A program made the position numbers and the translations under genes. Positions 60,137-64,000 of a stretch of DNA of 64,000 nt are shown piece by piece (position 1 is the stretch's first letter; each line of letters opens with the position of its first letter). The notes beneath the pieces are model-generated. The model did not search any database, had not been told where the DNA came from, and worked only from the letters and a program-made list of their open reading frames with translations. Origin of the DNA: Methanomassiliicoccaceae archaeon (GTDB lineage: Archaea; Thermoplasmatota; Thermoplasmata; Methanomassiliicoccales; UBA472); the NCBI GenBank assembly GCA_963751645.1, contig CAVVVD010000008.1, positions 85,914-149,913 of the forward strand. The letters are read 5' to 3'.

Positions 60137-60335
60137 GATCGAGTTCAAAAATGGCTTTAAACAATGCTGGCATAATCTGAATAGCTGCACAGAAAAATAA
60201 GGATGGGATCGCTACTCTCGTTTGGGGATGAGTGAGCGGTCTTGATTTAATTTAATAAAGGTGAGTACTGAAATGAAAGGCAACAGCATCACGCTCGAGA
60301 ATCGGGGAACACGTTCGAACCAGGAGTCGTCTATC

Positions 60336-62406
60336 ATGACGATAAGGAATCGACCGAACTCTCATCTGTTCGTCAGGACATCCGATGAGGAGATCAAGAA
60401 AGTGGGACGAGGCAAGATCTATCGAGGCTCTGATAAGGGAGACGACGATCAGCGAGGATGCTGCCGCGATAGTCGCACGAGAGGTCGAGAAGATGATCTC
60501 CGAGCTCGAGATCGAGGTCATCACCGCACCTCTGATCCGGGAGCTGACCAACGCCAAGCTTGTAGAGTACGGTCTATCGAAGATCCGCCGGCAGCACACC
60601 CGCCTAGGCGTTCCGTTGTACGATGCTCGACAGATCATCATGAGCCCGAACAAGGAGAACGCCAACGTACCACACGGCCCGGAGGCGACCAACCTCACCC
60701 TTGCCGAGCGGATCAAGAAGGAGTTCGCCCTGCTAGAGGTCTTCCGCAGGACATGGCGGACGCGCATATGCGCGGTGACATCCACCTGCATGATCTCGGC
60801 ATGATCGACCGCCCCTATTGCAGCGGGCAGTCCATCGAATATGTGAAGAAGTTCGGTCTGAACCTCCCGAACGCCATCTCCATCGCCAAGCCCGCAAAGC
60901 ACCCCGAGGTGCTCATCGAGCAGGTGGTGAAGTTCTCCGCCGCACTGCAGGGCAACTTCGCCGGCGCCATCGGTTGGGACGCGTTCAACCTGTTCCTGGC
61001 ACCTTACCTCGTCAACATAGACGATGAGCGGATGAAGCAGCTGGCCCAGATATTGGTCTTCGAGTTCGCCCAACAGGCCGTCGCCCGGGGCGGACAGTCC
61101 ATCTTCAGCGACCTCAACCTGTACTGGGAGTGCCCGAAGCACTTCGAGGACGTGCCGGCCATCGGCCCGAAGGGCGAGTTCACCGGCCAGACCTATTAAG
61201 GATTACCTGCCCGGAGTCGCAGCGCTTCATCAACGCCCTGTTCGACGTCTACCTCGAAGGGGATGCCATGGGCCGTCCGTTCTTCTTCCCCAAGCCGAAC
61301 GTGCACATGACGGACAAGTTCTTCCAGCACCGAGGGGCACGAGGAGTTCCTCAACAAGATCTCCCACGTGCGCCAGCGAGAAGGGGAATACCTACTTCGT
61401 GTTCGACCGGGGCAACACCGCCAAGATCTCCGAGTGCTGCCGCCTGACCTTCAAGCTCGAGCAAGAGCGACCTCGAGGACGCCAAGACGCCCTGGAAGAT
61501 GCGATACTCCGCCATGCAGAACGTTACCATCAACCTGCCGCGGGTCGCCTACGAGGCGCACCAGGACGACGAGAAGCTGTTCGAGCATAATCAGGCAGAG
61601 GATCGAACTGGTCGCCCAGGCGCACCTGCAGAAGAGGGAGTTCATCGGGAAGCTGCTCGCCATGGGCAAGCACGGCCCGCTCGCGCTGCTGACCATGGAC
61701 CATGGACGGCGAGCCCTACTACCGCTTCAACAAAGCCTCGTTCCTGATCGGCATGGTCGGGCTGAACGAGCTGGTGCAGTACCATACCGGGCAACAGATG
61801 CACGAGTCCAAGGAGGCCACCAAGTTCGGCCTCAAGGTCATCGCTACCATGAAGAAGGACGCCGAGGAGATCGGTGAGAAGTATGGCATCCGCATGCCCT
61901 TGGAGCAGACCCCGGCGGAGAGCACCGCATATCGCTTCGCCAAACTGGACAAGAAGTACTATCCCGCTGCAGGCGGCCACCGTCGATACGTGGCAACAAG
62001 TCGCACGGGCGAGGTGTACTACACCAACTCGACCTACCTCAACGTCGGTGCTCAGATCAGCGCCATCGAGCGGGTCAAGGCGGAGGGCATGTTCCATCCC
62101 CTCATCGACGCCGGCTCGCTCACCCATGTTTGGCTAGGGGAGCACAAGCCTCCGGCGGAGTCCATCGCCGCCTTCGTGAAGAAGACCTTCGAGAGCACGC
62201 AGAACGCCCAGATCGCGTTCAGCCCGGAGTTCACCTCCTGCCTCGACTGCGGCAAGACGGTACGTGGCCTGAAGGAGTGCTGCCCCTACTGCAAGTCCGT
62301 GAACATCGAAGGAATAACCAGGGTCACTGGTTTCTTCTCGAAGACCAACAGCTGGAACAAGGGGAAGATCGGAGAGCTGCACGACCGCGTGCGCAACCAG
62401 ATCTGA
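60336..62406 (+). pseudogene. nrdD: anaerobic ribonucleoside-triphosphate reductase (class III), about 7 frameshifts
   Basis: It contains 'WDEARSIEALIRET' (ATP-cone-like), 'AHMRGDIHLHDLG', 'GRPFFFPKPNVH', 'YFVFDRGNTAKISECCRL', 'MRYSAMQNVTINLPR' and 'LEQTPAESTAYRFAKLD'. The Zn site is 'CLDCG..CPYC' and the glycyl-radical end is 'TRVTGFFSK'. The pieces are spread over all three plus frames. The start is uncertain (60273 or 60336). Confidence 0.88.
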
Positions 62407-62424
62407 CGATCATTCAACGCCATG

Positions 62425-62462
62425 GGGACCGGGCTACCCCTGCCCGGTCCCTTACTTTTTTT
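62425..62462 (+). terminator. 10-bp GC hairpin followed by T7 (intrinsic-terminator-like) after nrdD
   Basis: The hairpin is gggaccgggc-tacccct-gcccggtccc. It is followed by 'ttacttttttt'. Confidence 0.65.
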
Positions 62463-62572
62463 CATCCTCTGACTTAAAGCATCTGGACAGGAACTGTTTC
62501 GAGCGGTACGATGCCTGGCAACAAATCATTAAATAGCGTAGAGCCCAAGTTGAGAACGATAGGTGGGACCGA

Positions 62573-62839
62573 GTGACCGTTGTCAAAGTGGGCGAGCACC
62601 GTTATGTCAACGTGAAGAGACGCAGCCTTTGTGACAATTGCATCGCCGATGTTTGCTTCAAGCGCGACGAGCACAAGGGCAGGCGGGTGGTGGAGTGCGA
62701 GCTCTTCCGACCCCAGTTCGTGGCGTTCAAGAAGTGCACCGAGTGCTCCTGCGTCTACGAGGTCTTCTCCAACTTCAATGCCCTCGATTTCGATAGGTGC
62801 CCTGCCTGCAACGATAGGATGAAGAGATGCGCCCCTTGA
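62573..62839 (+). CDS. Cys-rich small protein, hypothetical
   Basis: This 88-aa ORF contains 'CDNCIADVC', 'CTECSC' and 'CPACNDRMKRC'. It has a GTG start and no recognised family. Confidence 0.4.
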   Translation: MTVVKVGEHRYVNVKRRSLCDNCIADVCFKRDEHKGRRVVECELFRPQFVAFKKCTECSCVYEVFSNFNALDFDRCPACNDRMKRCAP

Positions 62840-62868
62840 GGGGCGTGAAAAAAGGTTTTCTAGGTCCT

Positions 62869-64000
62869 TCAGTTGAAACGCGGCCCTATGACCTGCCATA
62901 GGATGAGGAACAGGATCAGGAAGGAAAGAGCCAGGGATATCTGGTCCACGATCTTGTTCCTCGCATCCTCGCTCAGGCTCTTACGGAGCTTGCCAACGAC
63001 CGACCCCATGGCGTCCTTGAAGAGGTATCCCCCGTCCAACGGTACTGCCGGTAGGGCGTTGGTCAGTCCGACCATCAGGTTGAGCCAGAAGATCCAATAG
63101 AGACAGTTCGCGATGATCCAGAACGTGCCGATGGACATCCATGCCAGGTATCCGGTGGTCTCGAAGAGTTCAGCGAGGGGTGACTGGATGGGAGATAGGC
63201 CGATGAAGGGGAACGCTATGTAACGCAAGCTCGCGGTGACGAAATCCCAGCGTTGTCGACGTTCCTGTACGGGTCAGACATGGTGAGCAATATGGTCTCC
63301 GGACTCGAGGACACCTGCTCCCAGATAGGCGGAGTTGATGCCAAGGAAGCCCACGTCCTCGAAGTCCGATGGGCACGCTGAAGCCATTGTCCCTCAGATA
63401 TGCCTCCCTGCTGTCCAGGGTGACCTGGGTGAGGCCGGCCACGATCACATAGTTGGCCATCGTCCCGTTCCATTGCATGACCGTCACATTGACGGTCTGG
63501 AAGGGCAGAGTGAGGCCGAGCGCGTCCTTCAGGTCGCCCTCGTTCCGTATCTGGGTGTCGTTGAACGATGCCAGGATCATCCCCGACCTCATTCCCGACT
63601 CATAGGCTGGATAGTCCTTCGATACCGAAGTGAGGGCGACCCCGGAGATCACCTGTTTGCTCAGCACGTCCCCTTTATAGAAATAAGTGACATTGACAAG
63701 AGTCCCTGCCGTTGGCGCAGTGACGTTGATCCATGACTCCAGGGTGGTCACGTTGACCCCATCTATGGACAGGACCTGGCAACCATAGCCCAGGTCGGCC
63801 ACGTCCGCCGGGCCGTCATCTATGGTCGACATGATGACCGGCCCCTCGTATATGGGCGCGGCCTGGGACACCATGACCGAGGAGAAGAGAAAAACGAACA
63901 GGAAGGCTACGATGATGTTGGTGGCCGGCCCGACGGCGTACACGCCGCATGCGCTTGACTTCTCGGTCGCAGGGGCAGGGCGTCCTCGTCCGGCTCCACG
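62869..64000 (-). pseudogene. M50 site-2-protease-family membrane metalloprotease with PDZ-like insert (5' end off-window), about 3 frameshifts
   Basis: It contains 'YAVGPATNIIVAFLF', a PDZ-like 'GCQVLSIDGVNV', and the C-terminal 'LNLMVGLTNALPAVPLDGGYLF'. The frame changes between about 63360 and 63230. The ORF is open to the window edge, and the HExxH motif is expected upstream. Confidence 0.7.

Noticed and set aside
1-64000. Programmed ribosomal frameshifting or alternative decoding (Pyl/Sec read-through) as an explanation for the split genes.
   Set aside because: There are too many sites, up to 8 per gene. Shifts go in both directions, and I could see no shared slippery motif. The breaks are frame changes rather than in-frame TAG or TGA codons. 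TAG is used as an ordinary stop, for example at the esterase (25522), the MFS gene, lplA and the Trx-like gene.

Overview
This is a GC-rich archaeal chromosome segment, probably from a Thermoplasmata-like euryarchaeon. The lineage call rests on an archaeal-type PheT, Srp54 plus a ~310-nt 7S SRP RNA, TrmY, class-I HMG-CoA reductase, archaeal PPAT, a split LplB/LplA lipoate ligase as in Thermoplasma, and TATA-type promoters. All domain calls were made by eye from the six-frame track. No HMM or BLAST search was run.

Layout:
- (i) 1-13.0 kb is an accessory block. It holds two tandem RCK/TrkA_N + RyR-domain channel-like paralogs, a TIR / zinc-ribbon / DUF1566 gene, a ~1,460-aa SBBP-propeller/FN3 surface protein, and an IdeS/Mac (C66)-like cysteine peptidase with PKD domains. 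The block ends at the 3' end of tRNA-Ala.
- (ii) 13.2-31 kb is intact housekeeping: purB, a KaiC-like ATPase, wHTH regulators, srp54, trmY, a REC-PAS-HK, a PPAT-DUF84 fusion, tRNA-Ser, pheT, hmgA, an MFS transporter, msrB and an AdoMetDC-like gene.
- (iii) 31.4-38.0 kb is a kdp locus in the unusual order kdpB-C-A-D. It is riddled with frameshifts.
- (iv) 38-39.6 kb is an AT-rich spacer that contains only tiny hydrophobic ORFs.
- (v) 39.6-57.5 kb holds mscS, small-molecule enzymes, two overlapping membrane-anchored wHTH paralogs with an ABC transporter, hisD, a thiol-redox cluster (two thioredoxins, a rubredoxin-FTR-like protein, a Grx-like protein), lplB/lplA, and a lipA-E1alpha-E1beta-E2 2-oxoacid dehydrogenase operon.
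- (vi) 57.6-64 kb holds the SRP RNA, then frameshifted genes for an AIR-synthase-like protein, a wHTH protein, nrdD and an M50 protease.

Main leads:
- A TIR gene sits immediately downstream of the RyR/RCK channel-like genes. This could be a signal-to-channel defence module.
- About 45-50 apparent frameshifts are strongly clustered in some genes and absent from ~18 kb of neighbouring genes.
- The kdp gene order is non-canonical.
- The window contains an archaeal IdeS-like peptidase.
- A membrane-tethered wHTH pair sits next to an ABC transporter whose permease carries a pentapeptide-repeat loop.
- A triple direct-repeat operator lies between a wHTH gene and nrdD.

I saw no CRISPR array, rRNA gene, integrase or transposase.
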